This document shows positions 32,209 to 40,059 of a DNA stretch of 64,000 nt, in pieces. The stretch's first letter is position 1. Each line of letters starts with the position of its first letter. The translations under genes and the position numbers were made by a program. The stretch lies in the IMG/VR virus record IMGVR_UViG_3300008110_000030, positions 150,618-214,617 of that record. One strand, given 5' to 3'. The notes under the pieces were generated by a model, which was not told where the DNA came from, ran no database searches, and was given only the letters and a program-made list of their open reading frames with translations.

Positions 32209-32403
32209 ATGTCAGATACTATTAAATTAATTGAAGATTCACTAGCACAATGGAAGGCTGAGGACGAAAAATTCGTCAAGGGCAACAGTGCCGCTGGTAC
32301 AAGAGCTCGTAAGGCATTGGCAGAACTAGCAAAAGCAGTTAAAGTTCGCCGTAATGAAATCACAGCAGAGAAGAACGCTCGCAAAGAAGCTAAGGCGTCC
32401 TAA
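32209..32403 (+). CDS. Histone H1-like protein Hc1 family
   Basis: KGNSAAGTRARKALAELAK matches the Hc1 N-terminal motif (KGNKAA.R.R); SD AAGGA upstream. Confidence 0.75.
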   Translation: MSDTIKLIEDSLAQWKAEDEKFVKGNSAAGTRARKALAELAKAVKVRRNEITAEKNARKEAKAS

Positions 32404-32567
32404 TGTCTGATGCTGACGTTAAGAAAATACTTCAACTTGAACAAACTGTAAAACGATTAGAGTTTCAAGTTGCACAACTAGCTCAAAGGATTAATTATTT
32501 TGAGCGTGAACGTCAACGAATCAAAACTGATATAAATCACATTGCAGGGATCCTTAGAAAGCAATGA
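32403..32567 (+). CDS. 54-aa coiled-coil protein
   Basis: Not in the ORF track. MSDADVKKILQLEQTVKRLEFQVAQLAQRINYFERERQRIKTDINHIAGILRKQ; TAATG and ATGA overlaps on both sides. Confidence 0.75.
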   Translation: MSDADVKKILQLEQTVKRLEFQVAQLAQRINYFERERQRIKTDINHIAGILRKQ

Positions 32568-33010
32568 CATGGTTGCACGAAGGGATCACTGTTGATCAGC
32601 TTCCAGAAGAGTGTGTTGGGTTTGTATATATTATAACCAACACACTCACTGGTCGCAAATACATAGGCAAAAAATTAGCTAAGTTCGCAAAAACTACTTA
32701 CAGAGTACAAAAATTAAAAAATGGTACTAAGAAGAAAAAACGAATTAGAAGCAAAGTAGATAGCGACTGGCAAGAATATTATGGCTCAAGTGACGAACTA
32801 AACAAAGACATAGAGACATTAGGCAAAGAAAACTTCAAACGTGAAATTCTCCACTATTGCACGAGTAAGGCAGAAACTTCATATCTAGAAGCCAAAGAGC
32901 AATTTGAACGTAAGGTATTGGAAACTGATGAGTATTACAATGGCCACATTCAAGTTCGCGTCCACGGCTCACACATAATCAAAAAATTTAAGGCTCAACT
33001 TAACAGTTAA
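32564..33010 (+). CDS. Stand-alone GIY-YIG nuclease (T4 endonuclease II/Seg-like catalytic domain)
   Basis: GFVYIITNTLTGRKYIGKK...YYGSS...ENFKREIL...YLEAKEQ...YYN; 148 aa, no C-terminal DNA-binding domain. Confidence 0.85.
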   Translation: MTWLHEGITVDQLPEECVGFVYIITNTLTGRKYIGKKLAKFAKTTYRVQKLKNGTKKKKRIRSKVDSDWQEYYGSSDELNKDIETLGKENFKREILHYCTSKAETSYLEAKEQFERKVLETDEYYNGHIQVRVHGSHIIKKFKAQLNS

Positions 33011-33350
33011 TGACTCGCACAGGTTAATATCATGTGCCTAGAGACAACCCGATAATAAGGGGGACGGAAGCCTTGCCGCTGTAGCAAGCACTCAACTAGT
33101 ATCCTTAACAGGACCACGATAGCAAGCACGCCTGCTGTTTAGTTGTTTGAATAGAGTCAAAAAAGGCAAAAAGAAGGGAGAAAAACCCTACGTTTGTAAG
33201 TGTGTTAGCGTACATTTGCAAACTGCCGTCATAATGAAGACGCAACTCGAGGTACCGGATGACCGCCTCTGTAATGTTGTAACGCTAAGTGGTTGTGCTA
33301 CTCGGATAATATAGACCATTTCACTTCGCCCGCCAGGGCGAAGTGTGGCT
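33011..33350 (+). ncRNA. Candidate large structured non-coding RNA, family not recognised
   Basis: ORF-free and GC-elevated, with about ten helices and a loop-distal 7-bp pairing (33205-33211 with 33282-33288). G.U wobbles in the 13-bp stem favour the + strand. Confidence 0.65.
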
Positions 33351-33371
33351 GATTAATCTGGATAATATCGT

Positions 33372-33459
33372 AAACACTTCGTGTTTTATAATTGTTCTTA
33401 TTATTAAATGAAATAAATTGTGAGTTATGAAATAACGAACAAGTGAGCGTTAGCTCACT
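33372..33459. other. Cluster of short inverted repeats at a convergent gene junction (terminators or origin-like hairpins)
   Basis: AAACAC-TTC-GTGTTT (33372-33386), GTTAT-GAA-ATAAC (33424-33436), AGTGAGC-GTTA-GCTCACT (33442-33459). Confidence 0.45.
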
Positions 33460-33502
33460 GATAAATCATACTACTGATATCAACTTATACTTTAAGGATA
33501 AC

Positions 33503-33721
33503 TCAGATTAAAGGCATACCGGACTCTTTGGTCCACTCCATATTTTCCTTTACGATTTCATTGATGGCTTGTTTCTGCTCGTAGGTCAACTGAAATGCCT
33601 CATCAGTGGTAAGGCCACCACGCATGTACCATGCTAACCTGAATGTATCTTTCTCAATGGCTTTTGCTTCTTTGTCGAGTCCTGCTGATATCTCAACAAT
33701 TTCAGGAAGAGTTTTAGACAA
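33503..33721 (-). CDS. gp51-like/gpT-like tail assembly segment, probably expressed as a -1 frameshift extension of the upstream gene
   Basis: Only a TTG start without SD; the frame is open back through the slippery site of the upstream gene; WYMRGGLTTDEAF motif. Confidence 0.65.
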   Translation of the reverse strand: MSKTLPEIVEISAGLDKEAKAIEKDTFRLAWYMRGGLTTDEAFQLTYEQKQAINEIVKENMEWTKESGMPLI

Positions 33722-33726
33722 AAGCC

Positions 33727-34590
33727 TTAGACGAAAAAATTTGAATAATCAAACTCAAAAGGAATTTCCATCTGTGCAGGTGATCCTAGATCCACATACT
33801 GCTGTGGAGTCTGTATGGTCATGAAACGTTTGTTGTTTCTATCATTAAGAGTTCTAAACGCTTTGGCCACAACATCAAAGAATTCTTTATCACAATTTTC
33901 TAAAAACTCTTTAATTTGTAATGGATCAGTAGTGTTACCTTCAGTGGTATCAATGCGTTTAATTCCGTTCAACATTTGCATTAGAGTAGCATCTGCTAGG
34001 CGTCCCATGGCATTTGCTGCCATGTCAATACGCTGTTCTTCACTTAAATCTTCGTTTTGTATAATAGTTTGTAACACACGGTTACTGTCAAAACTTAGTA
34101 AGCTGTAGTCAGTTAACACTTTGTAGGTAACTGGCTCGATGAATATGGTCATATCGTTGCTTACTTTTACTTCTTCTTCCCAGTAAGTATTTTCTACGAT
34201 CTGATCTAAAAGTGGTCTGAGGTCAATTTCAAACGGCTCTTTCTCATTCGTGCCTGGAATACTCACATCCATGGTCATCTTTTCACCATATGTGGCAATA
34301 CGTATAGCAATTAATATTGCATCCAAATCTAGACTTGGACATTTCCAAGGATCTAAAATATTTGGAACACAGCTTTTAATCACATCTACTGTGGTACGTC
34401 CGTTGAACAAGGCATCGGGAGTTCTAATCAACAGTTCGTCTTTGACTGTTAATCCATAAACTGGAAACTCGCCGTTGTCTGGCATTTCCAAACTGCCCTC
34501 AGGCCAAAAGCGTCCTTGGCTGGGCAATTTTAGAAATAATTTTGGTCTTCTCATAAATGAAGACAGGGGATTTTTACGTGAACTTTCCAT
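33727..34590 (-). CDS. gp26: Baseplate hub assembly/tail chaperone, gp26-like
   Basis: LKLPSQG...LTVKDELL...DLDAILIAIRIATYGE; ends NFFV*; adjacent to the tape-measure-like gene. Confidence 0.75.
   Translation of the reverse strand: MESSRKNPLSSFMRRPKLFLKLPSQGRFWPEGSLEMPDNGEFPVYGLTVKDELLIRTPDALFNGRTTVDVIKSCVPNILDPWKCPSLDLDAILIAIRIATYGEKMTMDVSIPGTNEKEPFEIDLRPLLDQIVENTYWEEEVKVSNDMTIFIEPVTYKVLTDYSLLSFDSNRVLQTIIQNEDLSEEQRIDMAANAMGRLADATLMQMLNGIKRIDTTEGNTTDPLQIKEFLENCDKEFFDVVAKAFRTLNDRNNKRFMTIQTPQQYVDLGSPAQMEIPFEFDYSNFFV
33733..33742 (-). other. Slippery sequence AAATTTTTTC (candidate programmed -1 frameshift)
   Basis: A-AAT-TTT and T-TTT-TTC heptamers just before the TAA at 33729-33727; the -1 frame runs into 33503..33721. 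Confidence 0.7.
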
Positions 34591-34601
34591 TTTTTAACTC
34601 C

Positions 34602-34628
34602 GATAAATAATATACTGCATTATTTATA
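34602..34628. promoter_or_regulatory. Pair of oppositely oriented late promoters (GATAAATA + at 34602-34609; TATAAATA - at 34628-34621)
   Basis: Both lie in the 62-bp gap between divergent genes. Confidence 0.65.
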
Positions 34629-34652
34629 TGCGTATATTTCTGGGGAAATTAA

Positions 34653-37061
34653 ATGTCTGAAGTCACAGGATCAATAGGTAGCGAAAGCGTTAGACTGCGT
34701 GGTATGGCGCTGGAAGAAACGCAACGACAAATACTCATGGCTATTACTAAAACCGCTGGACAATCGAAAGGCATATTTGGAGCAGTGGGGGATGAAGCAA
34801 AAGAACTTGGCAGCAAGTTTGGAGGAGCTAGTAAAGTCATAGGTATTATTACTAAAGCTGGCGGAATTTTGGCCGACACGTTGAAAGCTGTTACAGGTGG
34901 ACTTGACAGTTTAGTTGACCAGATACGTGTTGCAGACAGTGGTATAAGACAAAGCGGAACAAATCTTAGAATATTAGCTGCCAATACTGCCATGACTGAC
35001 TCTGCAATAGGTAAAGCTACTAGTAAAATATATAAATTTGCCGCAGAAGGTATTGGTCAGTTAGAAGAACAATTTGATGTTTATAAAAAATTAAGCAATA
35101 TTGGTGGTGTAGTTGCTGGAGATTTTGACAATTTACGAATTAATGCCAGTGCATTAGGTGTCAACATGCAAGAGTACGCCGGATTAATGGAAGAAAATTT
35201 CCTTAATTTAAGATTAGGTGGACGTAGTGCTAGAGTTGCTATGGGAACTGTTACAGGTATTGCAAAAGATATACGCGAATCAGGCGAAGTATTTAATAAT
35301 GAATTTATGCGATTAGGCATTGGCGCTAATGACTATGGCAAAGTTATTTTACAAAACTCTACTCTTCTTGGAGGATTGCGACAAGCTGAAGGTGCAGGAA
35401 GTAAAGATTTTAGAGACAAACTGTTGCTGACCACAAAAAGTGTTACTCAGTTAGGTGATGCGTTTGGGTTCAATAGAGAAGTTGTTATGAAAGCTGCCAA
35501 CGAAGCATTACAAGATGCTCGTAATAGAACAATTTTTAATAACATTAGAGAAGAAGGTAAGCAACAGATGCTATCTCTAATGACTGGTATGTTTGGCGGA
35601 GATGCGCAAAAAGGCATGCGAGCTACCATTGCGGCTTATACTGGACGCTTTGATGAGCAATCTGCTGTGCTTGCTGGCATGGCCCCTGACCTAATGCAAA
35701 AGATGAAAGCTCTTTCGGCAGCAGTAGCTAAAGGTGTGCCAGTAATGGATGCTATCAAACAAGTTGATTTAGGTCCTACGTTCGCAAGGATAGAAAATCA
35801 GTCAAATGATTTAGCACAAGGATTTTTAGATAATGCTGGAGCTCCTGGCATTGCGGCTAATGCATTGTTAACGTTACAGCAAATGTTTGGCGATATGCCA
35901 GCTGTTCAGAAAAGATTAGAAGATTCTACAAATAGTCTAACAGATAAACAAGGAACAAATTTAGACGCATTAGGTCGATTCCAAAGAGAAAATATTAAAA
36001 TGGCAATTTCAATGTCCATGGCAAACAAGACTTTGAATAATTTTGGATTGAGTATTGCTTTAGGGTCACAAGTGATTACAACTGCAATGAGTAGGATTGC
36101 AAGAGAAATTGGAGTTCAAGCAGATCCTTTAGTAGATGGGCTAGTCAACCAAATGAATTCAGTAAACAAAACTGCTACTGATTATATTAATAAACTTGCC
36201 GATGGCGTTGGCAAAGATATGGACGCTACTGTAGCGTCTGCTTTAGAAATATTGGAAAGTACTGGTCTTCTAAATAAAGAACAAATCAAAGCGTTTAAAG
36301 AAGCAACTGCAAGTTCTAGACAAGCAGGTGGAACTACCAGTGGCTCAAATAATGCTACTAACGCACGTCCAGCATCAAGCACCACTGGTGGCGCACAACA
36401 GTCGTCAGCACAGTCGCCCTCTTCAGCAAATGCGGCAACCCCTGCAAGAACTAATTTAGGGCCAGCGGCAAACGAACTGTTAGGCGCAATTGAAGGAGTT
36501 CAAAGATTTAATGCTAATGCAACAGAAGATAAAAAAAATCGTGGTGGAATAAAATTTGATTATAAGATTAACAAAGGTGAAGAAGTATCTAAACAAGTTG
36601 ATCAAATTAAAACATTAATGGCACAAGCCAATTTAAAAGAAGGTACTGATTTTAAATTGGCTAGCCAATATGATGGTAATACCGGCAAAATTGGTGTTGA
36701 GTTTATGTCAACAGAAGCCGCAAATAAATTTGCAGAAGTGGCTTCAAAAATAAAAAATCCACCAGCACCTCCAGCACCCGTAGCATCTGCTCCAAAACCT
36801 GTGACAAGTGCTGTAGTACAAACAGGTGCAACTAACCCAAATACTCAGCCAGCAGAGTCACCAGTACAAGTAGCCACTTCTAGTGCTGTAGCATCGCAAA
36901 CTCCGGTAAATACTAATAACGGAACACAAGTGGCTACATTACAATCAGGTTCTGATGCATTTGATAGGTTGCTTCAGAATAATAATGCAAATACCACAAG
37001 AGTGATTGATAAATTAGAATCATTGACAGCTTCTATCAAGATGTCAATACCAATGAGTTAA
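34653..37061 (+). CDS. Tape-measure-like protein
   Basis: Long A/G/L-rich helical region, low-complexity linkers, next to the chaperone genes. Confidence 0.65.
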   Translation: MSEVTGSIGSESVRLRGMALEETQRQILMAITKTAGQSKGIFGAVGDEAKELGSKFGGASKVIGIITKAGGILADTLKAVTGGLDSLVDQIRVADSGIRQSGTNLRILAANTAMTDSAIGKATSKIYKFAAEGIGQLEEQFDVYKKLSNIGGVVAGDFDNLRINASALGVNMQEYAGLMEENFLNLRLGGRSARVAMGTVTGIAKDIRESGEVFNNEFMRLGIGANDYGKVILQNSTLLGGLRQAEGAGSKDFRDKLLLTTKSVTQLGDAFGFNREVVMKAANEALQDARNRTIFNNIREEGKQQMLSLMTGMFGGDAQKGMRATIAAYTGRFDEQSAVLAGMAPDLMQKMKALSAAVAKGVPVMDAIKQVDLGPTFARIENQSNDLAQGFLDNAGAPGIAANALLTLQQMFGDMPAVQKRLEDSTNSLTDKQGTNLDALGRFQRENIKMAISMSMANKTLNNFGLSIALGSQVITTAMSRIAREIGVQADPLVDGLVNQMNSVNKTATDYINKLADGVGKDMDATVASALEILESTGLLNKEQIKAFKEATASSRQAGGTTSGSNNATNARPASSTTGGAQQSSAQSPSSANAATPARTNLGPAANELLGAIEGVQRFNANATEDKKNRGGIKFDYKINKGEEVSKQVDQIKTLMAQANLKEGTDFKLASQYDGNTGKIGVEFMSTEAANKFAEVASKIKNPPAPPAPVASAPKPVTSAVVQTGATNPNTQPAESPVQVATSSAVASQTPVNTNNGTQVATLQSGSDAFDRLLQNNNANTTRVIDKLESLTASIKMSIPMS

Positions 37062-37070
37062 GGATTAAGA

Positions 37071-38807
37071 ATGGCTTGGAAAAAATATTTTACACCAGTT
37101 AAGGTTAATAATGACGGGGGTTCTAAGAGTCTCATTTCAGGATCAGGTGGATCAAACTATAACGCATTTAGAAGTAACTATTCCAGCTTTCTCCCTGATG
37201 TTTATTCAGGACATCCAAATAGATTAGAAAGATATCAGCAGTACAATACCATGGATGCAGACAGTGAAGTCAATGCGGCATTGGACATATTAGCTGAGTT
37301 TTGCACACAAAAGAATAAAGATAACGGCACTGCTTTCAACATTGATTATAGAGAGCAAGCAACAAATACTGAAGTTAAATTACTAAAAAAATGTCTACAA
37401 CAGTGGCACAAGTTAAATCAGTTTGATGTAAGAATTTTTAAAACTATTCGTAATCTGTTCAAGTTTGGTGATTGCTTTTTTGTTAGAGATCCAGAAACTC
37501 AAAAATGGGTTTACATAGACCCTAGTAAGGTTGACAAGATAATTGTTAACGAAAGTGAGGGCAAAGAGCCTGAGCAGTATGTTATTCGTGACTTAAACAT
37601 TAACCTACAATCATTAACAGTAACACAAATTAATCCAAATGCACCTAATGCAACTCCTGGTAACGCGGCATACGTTACTGGTGGAGGATTTCAGCGTGGT
37701 ATGGTTGGCGGATATCCACAGTTAACAGGCAGTAGATTCAGTAATAGCCAAGAGCAAGTGGCTATTGATGCTAATCATGTGATACATTTAAGTCTGAGTG
37801 AAGGACTTGATAGCAACTTCCCATTTGGTAACAGTTTGCTTGAAATGTGTTTCAAAGTCTACAAGCAAAAAGAATTATTAGAAGATGCGATCATTATCTA
37901 TCGTGTGATGAGAGCTCCAGAAAGACGTGTGTTCTATGTTGACGTGGGTAATATGCCTAGTCACTTGGCCATGAGCTTTGTTGAAAGAGTTAAAAACGAA
38001 GTAAATCAAAGACGTATTCCCAGTGTTACAGGCGGTGGACAAAGTGTTATTGACAGCGGATTTAACCCGCTAGCCATCAACGAAGATTACTTCTTCCCAC
38101 AGACAGCAGAAGGTCGTGGAAGTAAAGTTGAAGTACTTCCAGGCGGAAGTAATTTAGGTGAAATTGAAGATTTACGCTTCTTTACTAACAAATTATTCCG
38201 TGCATTGCGTATACCAAGTAGCTACTTGCCAACAGGTCCAGACGATTCAAATGCAAGTTTTAGTGATGGACGTGTAGGCACAGCCTATATACAAGAGCTA
38301 CGTTTTAACTTTTATTGTGAACGTTTACAAAGTTTATTCACAGAAGCATTTGATTTAGAATTTAAATTATATCTTAAAAACTGTGGAATCAACATTGATC
38401 CAAACTTATTTGATTTAAAGTTTAATCCTCCACAAAACTTTGCCAGCTATCGTCAAGCAGAGATGGACGGTCAACGTGTAAGCACATTCCAAGCAGTTGC
38501 AGAAGTTCCTTATATGAGCAAACGTTTTGCACTAAAACGTTTCTTAGGACTTAGTGCAGAAGAAATGCAAGAGAATGAATTGCTATGGCGTCAAGAAAAC
38601 ATTGTTGGTAACACTGGCAATGCACAAAATCCTGGACAAGAGATGCGCGGTGCTGGTATAACTCCAGGCGGCATACAAGGTGACTTAGACGAATTTACCG
38701 ATAACGAAGGTGATTCAGGAGTTCCACCACCAGGCGCAGAACCCACAGGCGAAGCAGGTGGGGGCGGTGGAGCAGGTGCACCAGCAAGTCCAGCGCCATC
38801 GCAATAA
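37071..38807 (+). CDS. gp20: Portal protein
   Basis: LLEDAIIIYRVMRAPERRVFYVDVGNMP...EDYFFPQTAEGRGSKVEVLPGG...LFRALRIPSS. Confidence 0.95.
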   Translation: MAWKKYFTPVKVNNDGGSKSLISGSGGSNYNAFRSNYSSFLPDVYSGHPNRLERYQQYNTMDADSEVNAALDILAEFCTQKNKDNGTAFNIDYREQATNTEVKLLKKCLQQWHKLNQFDVRIFKTIRNLFKFGDCFFVRDPETQKWVYIDPSKVDKIIVNESEGKEPEQYVIRDLNINLQSLTVTQINPNAPNATPGNAAYVTGGGFQRGMVGGYPQLTGSRFSNSQEQVAIDANHVIHLSLSEGLDSNFPFGNSLLEMCFKVYKQKELLEDAIIIYRVMRAPERRVFYVDVGNMPSHLAMSFVERVKNEVNQRRIPSVTGGGQSVIDSGFNPLAINEDYFFPQTAEGRGSKVEVLPGGSNLGEIEDLRFFTNKLFRALRIPSSYLPTGPDDSNASFSDGRVGTAYIQELRFNFYCERLQSLFTEAFDLEFKLYLKNCGINIDPNLFDLKFNPPQNFASYRQAEMDGQRVSTFQAVAEVPYMSKRFALKRFLGLSAEEMQENELLWRQENIVGNTGNAQNPGQEMRGAGITPGGIQGDLDEFTDNEGDSGVPPPGAEPTGEAGGGGGAGAPASPAPSQ

Positions 38808-38810
38808 ATA
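38803..38810 (+). promoter_or_regulatory. Late promoter motif AATAAATA
   Basis: Overlaps the portal stop codon, 7 nt before ATG 38818. Confidence 0.55.
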
Positions 38811-38817
38811 CATTACT

Positions 38818-39078
38818 ATGTTCTTACGCGAATTCATTTATTTTAATAAAGATTCTCTTGGTCAAGATGAATACGATAATCAACCTTTGGAAGATAAAAG
38901 GTATAACTCAGACGATGATAAGGATGTTCTTACATTGTCAGATACACGTAAAACTCGCTTGTCCTTAAAACAAATTAATCAAATGCGCAAGAATCATGAA
39001 GCACATGTTTCTGAGATGGCTGAAGAATCTGAGTTGATACAAGCTCAGTATGCTACGCCAGTTCAGGCTCCTGCTTAA
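38818..39078 (+). CDS. Small prohead-associated protein (86 aa)
   Basis: Likely true start MFLREF at 38818 (the track start 38710 overlaps the portal); DTRKTRLSLKQINQMRK; position between portal and core genes. Confidence 0.6.
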   Translation: MFLREFIYFNKDSLGQDEYDNQPLEDKRYNSDDDKDVLTLSDTRKTRLSLKQINQMRKNHEAHVSEMAEESELIQAQYATPVQAPA

Positions 39079-39207
39079 TAAAATTCTTAACATTTAAATA
39101 AAATCTTGTCAAAAAGACGTCTTTTTGGCATATTTTCGCTATATATATTATCTACGCTGTAAATATACTCGACAGCCTTGCCTATATAATCAAAGGAGAA
39201 TTTCGCA

Positions 39208-40044
39208 ATGCAAAATAAATTTGAACAATTATTAGATTATCTAATTAACGAAGAAACACAAAAAGCCAACGAACTGTTCCATCAGATCGTTGTTGAAAAA
39301 AGCCGCGGCATCTACGAGAGCTTAATTTCTGAAGAAGAAAAGAAAGAAGAAGATGACAAGGAAGATGACGTTGAAAAAACTGATGAGAATTTTGGTTTTG
39401 ACAGCGGCGAACAAGTTATTGAAATCGGCGGAGAACCAGCAGACGACTTAATGACAGACGTTGGAATGGGTGACGACGATGAAGGTGAAGAAGATGAAAT
39501 GGCCATGGATGCAGAATTTGGCGATGATTCAGAAATGGGCGGTGACGGTGATGTAGAAGACCGCGTTCAAGATTTAGAAGACGAGCTAGAGTCACTTAAA
39601 GCAGAATTTGAAGCTCTAATCGCTGGTGAAGGTTCTGATATGGAATCTGAAGAAGGCGAAGAAGAAGGTGAAGAAGGCGAAGAAGAAGGCGAAGATGAAG
39701 AAGACGTACTTCGCGAATACACAGAACAAGTTGGTGGAAAGCAGTATAACCAATATGGTAAAATGGGTGACAATGGACAAAACACAAAGTCTATCGTTGC
39801 TGGAAAGAACGACATGGGTGGCACAGCTAGCAACATTGCACAAGGCGGTGAAGCTAAAGGCGAAGGCACAAAGGGTGGTTTGTTAAACCCAAGTGCTAAA
39901 GAAGAAAGTGCTGGCAACATCAATGTTCCAGGCGGCAATGCTGGTAAGACAGCGTTCAAGAAGAAAGAACCTGGTCACGGTGCAGAGAAGAAAGGCGCTG
40001 GTGAGCAAGCAGGTAATACTAAGAGCCCACTAGGTTCTAAGTAA
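39208..40044 (+). CDS. Acidic prohead core protein (gp67/68-like position)
   Basis: Very E/D-rich, SD AAGGAG, candidate protease sites (L-x-E), upstream of the protease; GTAAATA at 39159-39165. Confidence 0.6.
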   Translation: MQNKFEQLLDYLINEETQKANELFHQIVVEKSRGIYESLISEEEKKEEDDKEDDVEKTDENFGFDSGEQVIEIGGEPADDLMTDVGMGDDDEGEEDEMAMDAEFGDDSEMGGDGDVEDRVQDLEDELESLKAEFEALIAGEGSDMESEEGEEEGEEGEEEGEDEEDVLREYTEQVGGKQYNQYGKMGDNGQNTKSIVAGKNDMGGTASNIAQGGEAKGEGTKGGLLNPSAKEESAGNINVPGGNAGKTAFKKKEPGHGAEKKGAGEQAGNTKSPLGSK

Positions 40045-40059
40045 TTTTAGGATAAGTTA

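Noticed and set aside
33011-33350. Group I/II intron, RNase P, tmRNA or hammerhead identity for the structured region
   Set aside because: TAGAGAC and ATATAGACC loosely resemble group I R/S elements but do not form P7. There is no domain V, RNase P core, tRNA-like ends or CUGANGA core, and no interrupted gene.
38710-38817. Extended N-terminus of the 122-aa ORF
   Set aside because: Overlaps the portal C-terminus; ATG 38818 after a late motif is more plausible.
39626-39886. Lys-rich histone-like ORF (KKAKKKVKKAKKK)
   Set aside because: Alternate-frame shadow of the GAAGAAGGC repeats encoding the acidic core protein.
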